NCBI GenBank assembly: GCA_002269645.1
Contig: NIVC01003812.1
Location: forward strand, 1 to 64,000
Length of the DNA stretch: 64,000 bases
Origin: Macrostomum lignano
Lineage: Eukaryota
Direction of reading: 5' to 3'
Part shown: positions 1-13,000 of the stretch, piece by piece
Numbering within the stretch: position 1 is the stretch's first letter
Layout: the number at the start of each line of letters is the position of its first letter
Translations under genes and position numbers: made by a program
The notes under the pieces: generated by a model
Told to the model about the DNA's origin: nothing
Seen by the model: the letters and a program-made list of their open reading frames with translations, nothing else
Database searches by the model: none

Positions 1-3000
1 GACTCATCGCCCTCTTTGACGTCTGGCGGCTTTGATTTCTCCTCGCCCGACTCGACTTTAGCAGCAGCCCACGGTTGAAGCTCGCCTTTGATCGGGGGGT
101 GGGTGGGGGGCTAATGTACACTCTGGTGATGTACACTTGCTAGTCAGTAGTGGGCTAGGAGGCTAGGAGTATGACTCTATTGTACACTTGCTAGTCAGCG
201 GGTGAGAAAGCTCTAATCTGCTGATTGGCTGGGCTTGGGTTAAGAAACAGATGGATGGCTGTACACTTGCTATAGATCGAATCGATCTATTAAAGTACAT
301 TGACTAGGTCAAACAGCCATCTAGAATGTACTTACCAGACCCCAGAAAGAAATAAAATATGACTCCAGCGGCCAGCACGGTTCCAGTGAGAATGAACGAC
401 TTTTGCCAGTTCCAAAGTGTCTAAAATGGTGATTTTCGCAATGAACTTAACATTTATTCATGAGCGAATGTTAGTGAATGTCCGAAGAGTGAGTGACAGT
501 TTAGTTTGCAGGAGTGCTTTTGAGAGGCCAGCAGTCATGGCCCTGAGCACGCAGACTTAAATGCACATGGATACGCAAGCATTCACTTGCTCACACTTTC
601 AAGTTAATAACAGTAACATCCAGGTTGCCAACTCACCTGCGGATGCGTAATGATGCCCACAACAATGGGCGACAGAATGCCGCCAATGGTGCCAAAGCTG
701 GCCGAAATGCCGGCCAAAACGGACGCAAACTGGGCGCCAAGTCCAGGTGATTTACCTGCCAGCCGGCCACGGTGAGACCGGAGCAGCCAACGCCCAGGTT
801 GAGGAACACAATGGCGACGTAGCCCTGCTGCACTCGGGACAGCGCGTAGCAGCACATCGCCTCGATGCCGAAGCCTGCAGGATCGGTAGCAGTGACGATT
901 TGACAGAAAAGAAAAGTTAGCCTTTGTCAATCGAATTTCCTGACTTACCGAAACAGTGTGAAACATCTTTCTGACATTCGTGAGCGAGCAAGGCGACTTT
1001 AGCAGTACAATGTCGGCCACTATGCGCCCAGAATACAGCAGAGAACTTTCAGCAGGTGCGGCGTGGCCGAGAATATGCCGTTCTGTTTTGTGCAAAAGTT
1101 TAACAACGGAGTGAGGTGGACAGGTGGTTGGCGGAGTGGCGTGGTTGGCGGAGGTGGTGGTTGGCAGAGAGGGGTGGTTGGGGGAGTGAGGTGGTTGGCG
1201 AAGTGGGGTGGTTAGCGGAGTGAGGTGTTGGCGAAGTGGGGTGGTTAGCGGAGTGGGGGTTGGCAGAGTGGGGTGGTTGGCGAGTGGGGTGGTTGCAGAG
1301 TGGGTGGTTGGCGGAGTGGGGTGGTTGGCGAATGGCTGGCGGATGGGGTGGTTGGCAAGTGGTGGTTGGCAGAGTGGAGACTAATAAAATTGCAGCAAAG
1401 GCAAACGCACCTCCACAATGGAGAAGTTGAACATGTTCAGAAAAGCGGGCTCATTTGTCAGTAGGAAGAGAACATCCAGCTGCGCACGAAGTGGCACACC
1501 ATCACCGCCACACGGGCAAGCTGGTAAAAATTGCTTTCCAAGGCACCTTGTCCAGCTCGACCACCTGGTCTCTGCCCGCCATGATCAGCTTTTTCTCGTC
1601 GTCCTTTACGAGGGATCGAACTCGGGACGCTCGTAGACGAACAGGAACCAAAAGAAGAACCAGACGAAGCCGAAGACGGCGTGGATGTAGAACATGTACT
1701 GCCAGTTGGCGTAGTGGGTGATCATGCCGTCCAGGGGAAATCCGATGATGGCACCGGCGTACATGCCTGCGGGGTGCGCGAGCCCAGGTCGTTTGTGCAT
1801 TTTTTACACATTATTTCAGATTCGAATCAGTTTGGGATCCTGGGATCCATCTGAATTCTCTGATGCGTTTCCGCCTACTGACAGTAGCAAAGAGTGCTTA
1901 TATATTGCTAATATCAAAATATTGATGATTTTACAATTCAAAAGCGTTGCAGTGCTCACCGGTGATGCAGAACGACGCGAAGGAGCTGCGCTGCATTCTC
2001 GGCGACCAGTCGTTCACGATTTTGTACATGGTGGGGATCACGGCTCCCTGCGAGGTTGTTCATTTAGGTTGTTCATGTTTGTGTAGGTGAACTAGCTGAC
2101 ACATTCCCTGATAGATTCACTGACACATTCACGGATACACTAGCTGACACATTCCCTGATAGATTCACTGATACATTCACGGATACACTAGCTGACACAT
2201 TCCCTGATAGATTCACTGACACATTTACGGATACAATAGCTGACACATTTCCTGATAGATTCACTGACACATTCACGGATACGCTAGCTGACACATTCCC
2301 TGATAGATTCACTGACACATTCACGGATACACTAGCTGACACATTCCCTGATAGATTCACTGATACATTCACGGATACACTAGCTGACACATTCCCTGAT
2401 AGATTCACTGACACATTTACGGATACAATAGCTGACACATTTCCTGATAGATTCACTGACACATTCACGGATACGCTAGCTCACACATTGCCTGACACAT
2501 TGTCTTACTCATCCACTAACGGATTCACTGACATTTGCTGGCCCACTGATATTTTTTGCTGACGTATATTTGACATATTCTCTGACACATTCGCTGACAC
2601 ATTCGCTGACACATTCGCTGACACATTCGCTGACACATTCGCTGACACATTCGCTGACACATTCGCTGACACATTCGCTGACGCATTTGCTGACGCATTC
2701 GCTGACACATTCGCTGACACATTCGCTGACACATTCGCTGACACATTCGCTGACGCATTTGCTGACGCATTCGCTGACACATTCGCTGACACATTCGCTG
2801 ACACATTCGCTGACACATTCGCTGACGCATTTGCTGACACAGCCGCAGCCTCACCTCCAGCAGTCCCTGCACAACCCTGACAGAGCAGGTGAAGATGAAG
2901 CCCACATTGGCGATGGCGGTGGGCAGCAGGAGGTTCAGCGCGCAGGACAGGCAGATACACAGCCCGAATATCCTGTTTATCGCGGATGGGGGACGGCGGA

Positions 3001-3587
3001 TTACCGAGATCAGGGATTGACAAAAGTACACGAATGCTTGATCCGTCTCAACGGATTAGGCACCCATATCAGTTGAGACTGCTCCGTGAGTGCCCCCGTC
3101 CGTACCTGTCCGTCTTTCCCCGCCTAAAGAGCTCGAAAAGCCACTGAAGCCAAGTCTACCTGCACACACAGCTCTGTACTGACGCTCGATAAACCTACTC
3201 TTGGGCTTGAGTTTCGAGTTCACGGGTTATAGGAGCTCAGATTCTAAAGGATTTGCCAATCGATAGGCGACGTCAAATCCTTGCACTGCGCATGTCTGCT
3301 TTAGGGCGATCTGTGCTCAGGGAGATGGCGAAGCATTCTTGACTTATTGCTGCTTACGAGTGCAATATAGGGATGGATTGGGAGACAAGGGGAACGAGAC
3401 TGTTGAAGAGGGAGAGAGAGGGGGAGAAAGAAAGAGAGGGAGTAGGAAACTGAGAGGAGAGGGAGAGAGAGAGGGAGAGAGAGAGGGAGAGGGAGAGGGA
3501 GAGGGAGAGGGAGGGAGAGGGAGAGAGAGGGAGAGGTAGAGGAGAGGGAGAGGTAGAGGGAGAGAGGGAGAGGGAGAGGGAGGGAGA

Positions 3588-3634
<47 letters not shown>

Positions 3635-4412
3635 CGCCTCAAATCTCAGGCACGGACGCGGTACATGTAAAAAGGACAAACAAGTCAAGTTGATTTAAGT
3701 TGCCGATATTTCGAATTAGGTAAATTCTTTGTCAGGGCAAGGAGAGGGAGAGGGAGAGAGAGAGGGAGGGAGAGGGAGAGAGAGGGAGAGGTAGAGGGAG
3801 AGAGGGAGAGGGAGAGGGAGAGAGGGAGAGGGAGATGGAGGGAGAGGAGAGGGGAGAAGCAGAGGGAGAGGGAGAGGGAGAGTGAGAAGCAGAGGGAGAG
3901 GGAGAGGGAGAGGGAGAGGAGAAGCAGATGGAGATTTGGGGAGGGCTTAGACAGACTCATCGCACAAGCCCATGCATGCTTGCAACAGCTGAGCGAAGAC
4001 GCGAGCGAGTGGTGCAGGTGAGCAAATGAATGTCATGCCAGGCCCACCGGTTGGTCGGCAGTTTCGTTGCTAGGTAACCGCCGGGCACCTGGGTGATCAG
4101 GAAGCCGACGTAGAAGACGGAGTGCAGCACGCCGACCATGGTGGGCGTCCAGTCGACGTCCGGCAGCTCCTGCGCCCGCTTGCTGCTGCCGACCTTCTCG
4201 TGCGGCGCCTTGTCCAGGATGGTGACGACCGTGATGGCGATGTTCACCCGCATGGAGTGGATGATCACCATGCCGAGGAAGCACAGGAGGCAGACAACGT
4301 AGCGCTTGCGGATGACGCACTTGGAGTCCAGCTGGTCCATCAGGCTCGCCTTGTCGTCGCCTTCGTCTGGCGGCGGCGAGGAAGATTCTTTCTTGGCCTC
4401 CTCGGTTGCCAT
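1..4412 (-). CDS. SLC17-family MFS anion transporter (VGLUT/sialin-like), 8 exons, 3' end beyond window edge; frameshifted in this sequence
   Basis: Exons (minus): 4412-4048, 2972-2855, 2047-1960, 1766-1411, 1082-949, 874-637, 420-336, 85-<1, all GT-AG. The translation has SLC17 hallmarks: [69 protein letters not shown]. About six single-base deletions in exons 4-6 break the frame. Confidence 0.9.
1107..1378. repeat. G-rich ~17-bp minisatellite (GGAGTGGGGTGGTTGGC), SLC17 intron 4
   Basis: Read directly. Confidence 0.85.
2083..2840. repeat. 48-bp array (2083-2490, 192-bp higher-order repeat) followed by a 12-bp array GCTGACACATTC (2575-2840), SLC17 intron 2
   Basis: The variant ACATTTACGGATACAAT recurs at 2221 and 2413. 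Confidence 0.9.
3400..3925. repeat. GA-rich simple repeats, SLC17 intron 1
   Basis: (GAGAGG)n and (GA)n. Confidence 0.9.
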
Positions 4413-4418
4413 GGTAAC
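4405..4418. promoter_or_regulatory. RFX X-box overlapping the SLC17 start codon
   Basis: GTTGCCATGGTAAC fits GTNRCC-NN-RGYAAC exactly. Confidence 0.5.
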
Positions 4419-5124
4419 CAGAGTTTGACTGCGGTCTAGCGTTCCAGTGCGAGCTGGGGCTGTTGCGGCATTTCGCTGCTTTTTTGCGCGGAAAATATCA
4501 GGAATTTTATTTAAAAAATTGTGTATGTGTCTTCTAGCCCAAGCTTCTCAGCGCGAATATTTCCAGTTGGGAAAATATCAAATATTGGAATCGATTTGTG
4601 CAAGACAGAGAGCGCTGGGAGCGCAGAATCGATATGTATTGATTCCCGCGTGCGGGGCGGTGGGCTCCCGCCTACCCAGCACTGCTGCAGTTGGAAACTC
4701 CTTGAATTCTGGGGGCACAGTACTGGGAAGGAGAGGGTGGTTGTCAAGCGCGGTGAGCTGGGAACAGCCGCAAATCGCTGATCAAGACGAAAATCAATAG
4801 GCGAGGACTGAGTTAGGGAGTGTCTTGAGCTCTGATCCCGTCTCGTCTCTCCCCCCCCCTCCCGTGGCATTTCTGTTACACAGAGCAGCCAGGCTGCGGT
4901 GAGTGGGCGGCGCTCCAGCACTGCTGGGAGCTCTCGGTCGGCTAGGAAATATCAGAATTGGGTTGAAGCAACTTTTGATAATGAAAATTCGAATGACGAG
5001 GAAAAATATGGTTTCTGTGCCTTCTCACTGGGGGGGGGTTCTCCGTAGTCTCAAGCCTCTTAGCAGCAGAACGTGTCAGAGCCAGTGCAAATTGTCACTA
5101 TTTAAAGAGTTCCGTTTTAAGATA

Positions 5125-5385
5125 ATAATAAATTAATTGATTTCACTTGTTCTAATGGGCAGATGTGCAACCGACAGCTCAGCCGCCGCTATTGCGCGGC
5201 GCATCTGAAGGCTGCGTACGGCTGTTCAGTCCAAGGACTGGGGGTCGCCACACACCCTCAATTACCCCAGCTAATGCTGGCATCCATTTTACAGCTGGGT
5301 GAACTGAAGCAATGCAGAGTTAAGTGTCTTGCTCAGGACACAAATTGTTCCGAATGGGTCGAGAATCGAACCCCCGACCTTCTAA
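5125..5385 (-). mobile_element. tRNA-derived CORE-like SINE, 5'-truncated copy
   Basis: The reverse complement has the B box GGTTCGATTC, the core TGAGCAAGACACTTAACTCTGCATTGCTTCAGTTCACCCAGCTGTAAAATGG, the shared 3' block and a short (TTA) tail. Confidence 0.85.
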
Positions 5386-5469
5386 ATGGCTGTTTCTGCA
5401 GCTTGTAAAATCGAGCGCTCAAGCAATTCAAAAAGCAGCTTTGACATTTGCAAATTCTCCAAACTGACG

Positions 5470-6305
5470 ATTCTCCAAAGCTTCATCATCACTCTCCAGA
5501 ATCATCAGCCTGCAGAATCATCAGTAGCTTCATCATCATCAACCTGCAGAATCATCAGTAGCTTCATCATCATCACTTCCAGAATCATCAGAAGCTTCAT
5601 CATCGTCACCCTCCAGAATCATCAGAAGCTTCATCATCGTCACCCTCCAGAATCATCAGAAGCTTCATCATCATCATCACCTCCAGAATCATTAGTAGCT
5701 TCATCATCATCACCCTCCAGAATCATCAGAAGCTTCATCATCGTCACCCTCCAGAATCATCAGAAGCTTCATCATCATCACCCTCCAGAATCATCAGAAG
5801 CTTCATCATCGTCACCCTCCAGAATCATCAGTAGCTTCATCATCATCATCACCTCCAGAATCATCAGAAGCTTCATTATCGTCACTCTCCAGAATCATCA
5901 GTAGCTTCATCATCGTCACTCTCCAGAATCATCAGAAGCTTCATCATCGTCACCCTCCAGAATCATCAGTAGCTTCATCATCATCACCCTCCAGAATCAT
6001 CAGAAGCTTCATCATCGTCACCCTCCAGAATCATCAGTAGCTTCATCATCATCATCACCTCCAGAATCATCAGAAGCTTCATTATCGTCACTCTCCAGAA
6101 TCATCAGTAGCTTCATCATCATCGTCACTCTCCAGAATCATCAGTAGCTTCATCATCATCATCACCTCCAGAATCATTAGTAGCTTCATCATCATCACCC
6201 TCCAGAATCATCAGAAGCTTCATCATCGTCACCCTCCAGAATCATCAGAAGCTTCATCATTATCACCCTCCAGAATCATCAGAAGCTTCATCATCGTCAC
6301 CCTCC
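5470..6305. repeat. ~34-bp array CTCCAGAATCATCAGAAGCTTCATCATCGTCACC with a variable CAT count
   Basis: Read directly. Confidence 0.9.
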
Positions 6306-6527
6306 TTTTGATGCCTTCATCTATTCGCCGCTACATTGGCCAACCCCAGCCTCCGCACACCGAGCCTGCATATTCGTCCCATCCAATGGAAGCGAATTTC
6401 GCCTCATCTCAAGCACTGGCCGGAGTCCTCTGTTAACCCCCCTCCGGCCCCTGTCCGGAAATCGTATTTCACCCGGCTGTCATTCGTGGCCGGCCATAAT
6501 TTTGACACAGACCAGCCGAGCACAGGT

Positions 6528-9500
6528 ATGCGCAGGCAGTACCGCCCCAGCAACCAGCAGGTGAAGAACCACCGGCCTCCAATAATGCTGGACAAGTACA
6601 AGGAGGTCCCCGTGTTCGTTGGCAGCAGGATCCCCCTGCCCAGGAAGCAGTGCTCCCAGACTCCGCCAAGAAGTCAGCCTCATCAGCAGTCACAGCGCCA
6701 TCAATATCGATAAGAAATCGACAAAATCAGCAGCGGATTCGAACCTCGGGATCAACTTCGCATCTGCCAGATATTGCGAGAATTGAGCATCAGCAGCAGC
6801 AGCATCATCATCAAGCATCTCCCTCTGTTCACAGCTCAGTGTCCAGGTCCTTCAGCGGTGCTCTGAACTACGAACTGGACTGCAGCGGCTACGTGACCAA
6901 GGCGCAGTACTTTGAGAAGAAGCTTGAGGTGAGATCGTCAGCCTGAAGGAAGGAGGCCGTTCTTGTTGAAGTTTAATCTGTAGACTTTCCTGACCGTCTG
7001 TGTGCACTCCAGTCATTTGTCACTCCAATAAATCTGTCACTCCACTCATATGTCACTCCAATCATATGTCACTCCAGTCATTTGTCACTGCACTCAAATG
7101 TCACTCCAATCATCTGTCACTCCAATCATTTGTCACTCCAATCATCTGTCACTCCAATCATCTGTCACTCCAATCATTTGTCACTGCAGTCATCTGTCAC
7201 TCCAATAATCTGTCACTCCAATTAACTATTACTCAAATCTTGTCTCACTCCAATCTGTCTGTCACTCTGATTTGTTGTCACTTCAATCTGTCTTGCACTC
7301 TGATCTATTGTTACTCCAATCTGTCTGTCACTCCAATCTGTCTGTCACTCCAATCTGTCTGTCACTCCAATCTGTCTGTCACTCTGATCTATTGTTACTC
7401 CAATCTGTCTGTCACTCCAATCTGTCTGTCACTCTGATCTATTGTAATTCCAATCTGTCTGTCACTCTGATCTATTGTTACTCCAATCTGTCTGTCACTC
7501 CAATCTGTCTGTCACTCCAATCTGTCTGTCACTCCAATCTGTCTGTCACTCCAATCTGTCTGTCACTCTGATCTATTGTTACTCCAATCTGTCTGTCACT
7601 CCAATCTGTCTGTCACTCTGATCTATTGTAATTCCAATCTGTCTGTCACTCTGATCTATTATCATTCCAATCTGTCTGACACTCTGATCTATTGTCACTC
7701 CAATTAAGTGTCACTCCAATCGATCTGTTACTCTGATCTATTGTCACACCAGTGACTGTCACTCTGATATATTGTCTCTCCAATCTGTCTGTCACTCTGA
7801 TCTATTGTCACTCCAATTAAGTGTCACTCCAATCGATCTGTTACTCTGATCTATTGTCACACCAGTGACTGTCACTCTGATATATTGTCTCTCCAATCTG
7901 TCTGTCACTCTGATCTATTGTCACTCCAATTAAGTGTCACTCCAATCGATCTGTTACTCTGATCTACGTATTGTCACACCAATGACGGTCACTCTGATAT
8001 ATTGTCTCTCCAATCTGTCTGTCACTCTGATCTGTTGTACTCCAAGTCCTATCTGTCTGTCACTCTGATCTATTATCATTCCAATCTGTCTGACACTCTG
8101 ATCTATTGTCACTCCAATTAAGTGTCACTCCAATCGATCTGTTACTCTGATCTATTGTCACACCAGTGACTGTCACTCTGATATATTGTCTCTCCAATCT
8201 GTCTGTCACTCTGATCTATTGTCACTCCAATTAAGTGTCACTCCAATCGATCTGTTACTCTGATCTATTGTCACACCAGTGACTGTCACTCTGATATATT
8301 GTCTCTCCAATCTGTCTGTCACTCTGATCTATTGTCACTCCAATTAAGTGTCACTCCAATCGATCTGTTACTCTGATCTACGTATTGTCACACCAATGAC
8401 TGTCACTCTGATATATTGTCTCTCCAATCTGTCTGTCACTCTGATCTGTTGTACTCCAAGTCCTATCTGTCTGTCACTCTGATCTAGCGTCACTCCAATC
8501 TGTCTGTCACTCTGATCTATTGTAACTCCAATCAAGTGTCATTCCAATCTGTCTGTCACTCTGATCTGTTGTCACTCCAATCTGTCTGCAACTCTAATCT
8601 ATTGTCACTCCAATCTGTCTGTCACTGATCTATTGTCACTCCAGTCTCTCCCCCCTTCTCTTCCAGTCCGTGACGGACGACTGGCGAAGGGCGGAGGCGC
8701 TGAGCTCGGCCAGGTGCAAAATGGACTACCTGTTCCGGAACATGATCGGCTCGGATGCCTGCTTTGTTGGGCCCTACGGCCTTAGAAAGGGTGTGAAAAT
8801 TTTTTAACTTCATTAGCTAATCGTCTTGTTTGATCCGCGATATTATTAATGAGCAATGCGCTCTCTGCTTTCAGTGATCTTCTGCGACTTCTCAGCCACT
8901 GGACGGTGAGTTGGCCAAACCAGCTTTGCTCATCGACTATTCTAAAACTCTAATGTCTACTATTGAGTTTCAAAAGACTACCCTAGACTACCCTAGACTA
9001 CTCTAGACTACTCGATACTACCTTAGACTATTCTAGAATACCCTAGACTATCCCAGACTACCCTAGACTACCCTTGGACTATCCTACTCTACCCTAGTCT
9101 ATCCTAGTCTTTCCTAGACTACTCTAGACTACCCTAGACTACCCTAGACTACCCTAGACTACCCTAGACTACCCCAGACTACCTTAGACTACCCTAGACT
9201 ACCCCAGACTACCTTAGACTACCCTAGACTATCCCAGACTACACTAGACTACCCTTGGACTATCCTACTCTACCCTAGTCTATCCTAGTCTTTCCTAGAC
9301 TACTCTAGGCTATCCTAGACTACTCTAGACTACTCTAGACTATCTAGACTACCCTAGACTACCCTAGACTACCCTAGACTACCCTAGACTACCCTAGACT
9401 ACCCCAGACTACCTTAGACTACCCTAGACTACCCTAGACTACTCTAGACTACCCTAGACTACCCTAGACTACCCTAGACTACCCTAGACTATCCTAGACT

Positions 9501-9993
9501 ACCCTAGACTACCCTAGACTACCCTAGACTACCCCAGACTACCTTAGACTACCCTAGACTACCCTAGACTAACCTAGACTACCCCAGACTACCCTAGACT
9601 ACCCTAGACTACTCTAGGCTATCCTAGACTACTCTAGACTACTCTAGACTATCTAGACTACCTTAGACTACCCTAGACTACCCTACACAATCCTTACACA
9701 CTGCTATATCCCCCTAGAATACGCTACTAAACTCTTTAGGATACTCCTAGACTTCCCAAGACTACCCTAGGCTCTCTACACTCCCTAGGCTACCATAGAC
9801 TCTCCTAGACCCCATCTAAACCATCCCTAAACTTCCCACCAGCATCGGCAGAGATCCAAGCATCACAATATAAAGACAGTTAATCCTCAGACAGGATTAA
9901 TGAATAGCCCAAACTTTGCTGCTGAAAGAGCTGCACAAACACAGACTAATATCGAGTAAAAGTCCCGACCAGAAGAAGCCCGAGAATGCGGAG

Positions 9994-10039
<46 letters not shown>

Positions 10040-13000
10040 GTGCAAGATAGGAAAAAGATGTAATTGCAGCTGAGCCTGACTATTCCCCTGCTCGATGGAC
10101 AGGTGCGCTGAGAGACACAGAGACAGCCAGGCCGAGAGTACATAGAGCACAGGAGGACTCTTCTGCGAGTCGCTGGGGGGGGGGTCGAACTCGCCTTCTA
10201 AACTCCCCTCGTCCCCCCAACCTCGAACTGTCCCTGAGGGATATTTCTAATGAAACAACCTGGGTGGAGCAGTCTTTAGTAGCTCATGGGATCTGGCTGT
10301 CGCGCGGGAAGAGCGCGGGAAGGGGAAGACGGGAGAGCCATCTGAGCAGAGGTGGGGCAGAAGCTCGGTTAATTAAAGTCATTTGAAAGACCTCGGGGCC
10401 GTGGATTCGGAGTGAGGTGGAGCTTGGGAGCTCGCAAATGCATTCGATAAGTCCGCACAGGGATCGGGGCTGCATTTCTCTCATTCTCTCTATCTCTCAT
10501 TTCTCTCATTCTTCAGGGAATTATTCAAATTCTTCAAGGGAAATTTCTCACATTCTTCAAGGGAAATTTCTCACATTCTTCAAGGGAAATTTCTCACATT
10601 CTTCAAGGGAAATTTCTCACATTCTCCAGGGGAATTTCTCATATTCCTCTGGGGAAATTTTTCTCATTCTTCAGGGAATTATTCAAATTCTTCAGTGGAA
10701 ATTTCGGGAACTTCTCAAAGTCTTGTGAGGGGAATTTCCCACATCCCTCGGGGGAATTTCTCACATTCTTCAGGAGAATTTCTCACATTCTTCAAGGGAA
10801 ATTTCTCACATTCTTCAAGGGAAATTTCTCACATTCTTCAAGAGAAACTTCTCACATTCTCCAGGGGGAATTTCTCATATTCCTCTGGGGAAATTTTTCT
10901 CATTCTTCAGGGAATTATTCAAATTCTTCAGTGGAAATTTCGGGAACTTCTCAAAGTCTTGTGAGGGGAATTTCCCACATCCCTCGGGGGAATTTCTCAC
11001 ATTCTTCAGGAGAATTTCTCACATTCTTCAGAGGAATTTACGGGATTTTCTCAAAGTCTTGAGAGGGGAATTTCTCGCATTCTTCAGTGGGGAATTTTTT
11101 CATTCTCGAGGCGGGACTGCCCTCAAATTTGTTGAGGGAATTTCCAGCCTCCAGGGAGAATTTCCCACATTCCCTAGAGGTAAATTACAAAACCAGGAAT
11201 TCTGAAATCCCAAAATTTGCTCTCAATGATGGCGGATTTTCCACGCCTCCGGGCTCCCGCAGCCACCTGCGCTGCATCGAGGACTTCCTTCAGGCCTCCG
11301 TGCTGCCGTTTGTCGCCGCGCCGGCGCCAGCAGGCGGCGCCGCCAGCCGCCAGACCGGCCGCTTCCTGGCCGACGCCGACCGGCAGATCCGCAAGGCGCT
11401 GCAGCTCGGCGTCACCGACTTCGCCGTCCAACACGTCGGCTGGAGCGTCGGCGACGCGTCGCGCTGCCTGGCCGACTGGCTGGCGGCGGCTCTACGACGG
11501 CGCCGCTGCGACCAGACTGGGCGAAGGCGCCGGCAGCGGCAGCCGCGCCTCGGGCTTCTCGTCGGCCCGTACGACTGCGACGTCCCGGAAGGCGTCGGCG
11601 ATGCCAGCGGCGCAACCCAGCGGCATTGGCGCCGCCTGGCCTTCGCCAGCGCCCGGCTGTCTGCAGCGTCGCTGAACTCGCCGACGTCGGCGCTCGACCG
11701 TCTGGCCGACGATGCCGGATGTCGGCGGGTCGTCGCCCTGGTCGGCGCCGCCTGCGACGTGACGGGGGCCGCTGAGCCGCTGGCAGCCGCCGCTGCGTTG
11801 GCGAGCGCCGTCAGGTCCCGCGGCGGCCTGCTGGTGTGGGACCTGGCCTCGGCCGGCGCCGGAGCGGCTGGCGCCTTGGCGTCGATTGGCGCCCTGGACG
11901 CGGCGCTGCTGGCGCCGGACCGCCTGCTGGGTGGCGGGGGCAGCGCGGGCCTCCTGGTGGCCGACGGGCGGCGGCTCAGGGAATTCGTTGAGGGCTTGGA
12001 GGCTGAGGCGGAAGCTGAGGATGAGGGTGAGGAGGATGCCGGCGACTGGGACGGCGGATCATGCTTGGTGTCGGCGCCGGCGGAGGAGGCCGCCGCGGAC
12101 TATGGCGACGGCGAGATGGACGGGCTGGTTGGGCGGATTCGCTGCGGCCTCGCCTTCAAACTGCGGCGAAGCGTCGGCGAGGCGGAGATTCGCGACCGCG
12201 AGTGCGAGCTGGTCCGGTGAGGCGGGCAGGGTCTGGAATCCCGAATCTTTGAAATCCCGCTTCTTGAATCCCAAAACTGGAAATCCCAATCTGGAAATCC
12301 CAACTATGGGATTCCTAATCTGGAAATCCCAATCTGGAAATCTCAAATATAAAAATTTAGAAAGGTCCATAATTTCAAATCCCTAGCGTGAAAATCCCAG
12401 ACTCGCACATTTGAGAGGCCAAAAATAAAAAGTCTAGAAATCCCGAATCTCAACTATGAAGACCCAATTCAATGAAATCCCAATAAATCAGAGCTAAATA
12501 TCAAGGCTGTCAGTGGCGCACAATCCCAAATTAAAGTCTCCCAGTTTGCCAAATCAAACCTGACCTGAGTCAGGCTGAGTCTGCTCAATTTCAATACCCC
12601 TGAGCAGTTTCCAGAGCTGATTTCTCCCGGGATTTTCTAGCTGCATCAGATTGGATCGCAGTAAATAAACAAACAATTTCCACACCTCAATTTCAAAAGC
12701 TGGGCCTGGGAGGTGCTCCAGCCGATGAAGAGCCTCGTGCTGCTGGGCAGCCGCCGCCAGGCCCGCCAGCCGATCTTCGCCTTTTTTGTACGTCCAGCGC
12801 AGTTTGCCGGCCGCCTGCTGCACCACGGCTTCGTGGCCGCGCTGCTCAGCGACCTCTACGGAGTTCAGTGCCGCCTGCGGCCTCTGCGGGGCAGCTGCCA
12901 CTTGGCTGTGAGTGCTGGAGATTTCCTTTCAGGTGTGGCCTTCAGGTTGGCTGCGATTGGTTGGCCCTTTACCTTTCGGAGCAGGGCGTCAGAGTGGGGA

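Noticed and set aside
730-1610. Programmed ribosomal frameshifting in SLC17
   Set aside because: There are six sites, none with a slippery heptamer, and some lead straight to stops; the pattern fits homopolymer read error.
5470-6305. Hammerhead ribozyme array (CTGATGA on the minus strand of each unit)
   Set aside because: No GAAA core or flanking helices.
11087-12220. Stand-alone 377-aa ORF suggesting a bacterial-like horizontally transferred gene
   Set aside because: It is exon 4 (11263-12216) of a 10-exon spliced gene; high GC is shared by all exons here.
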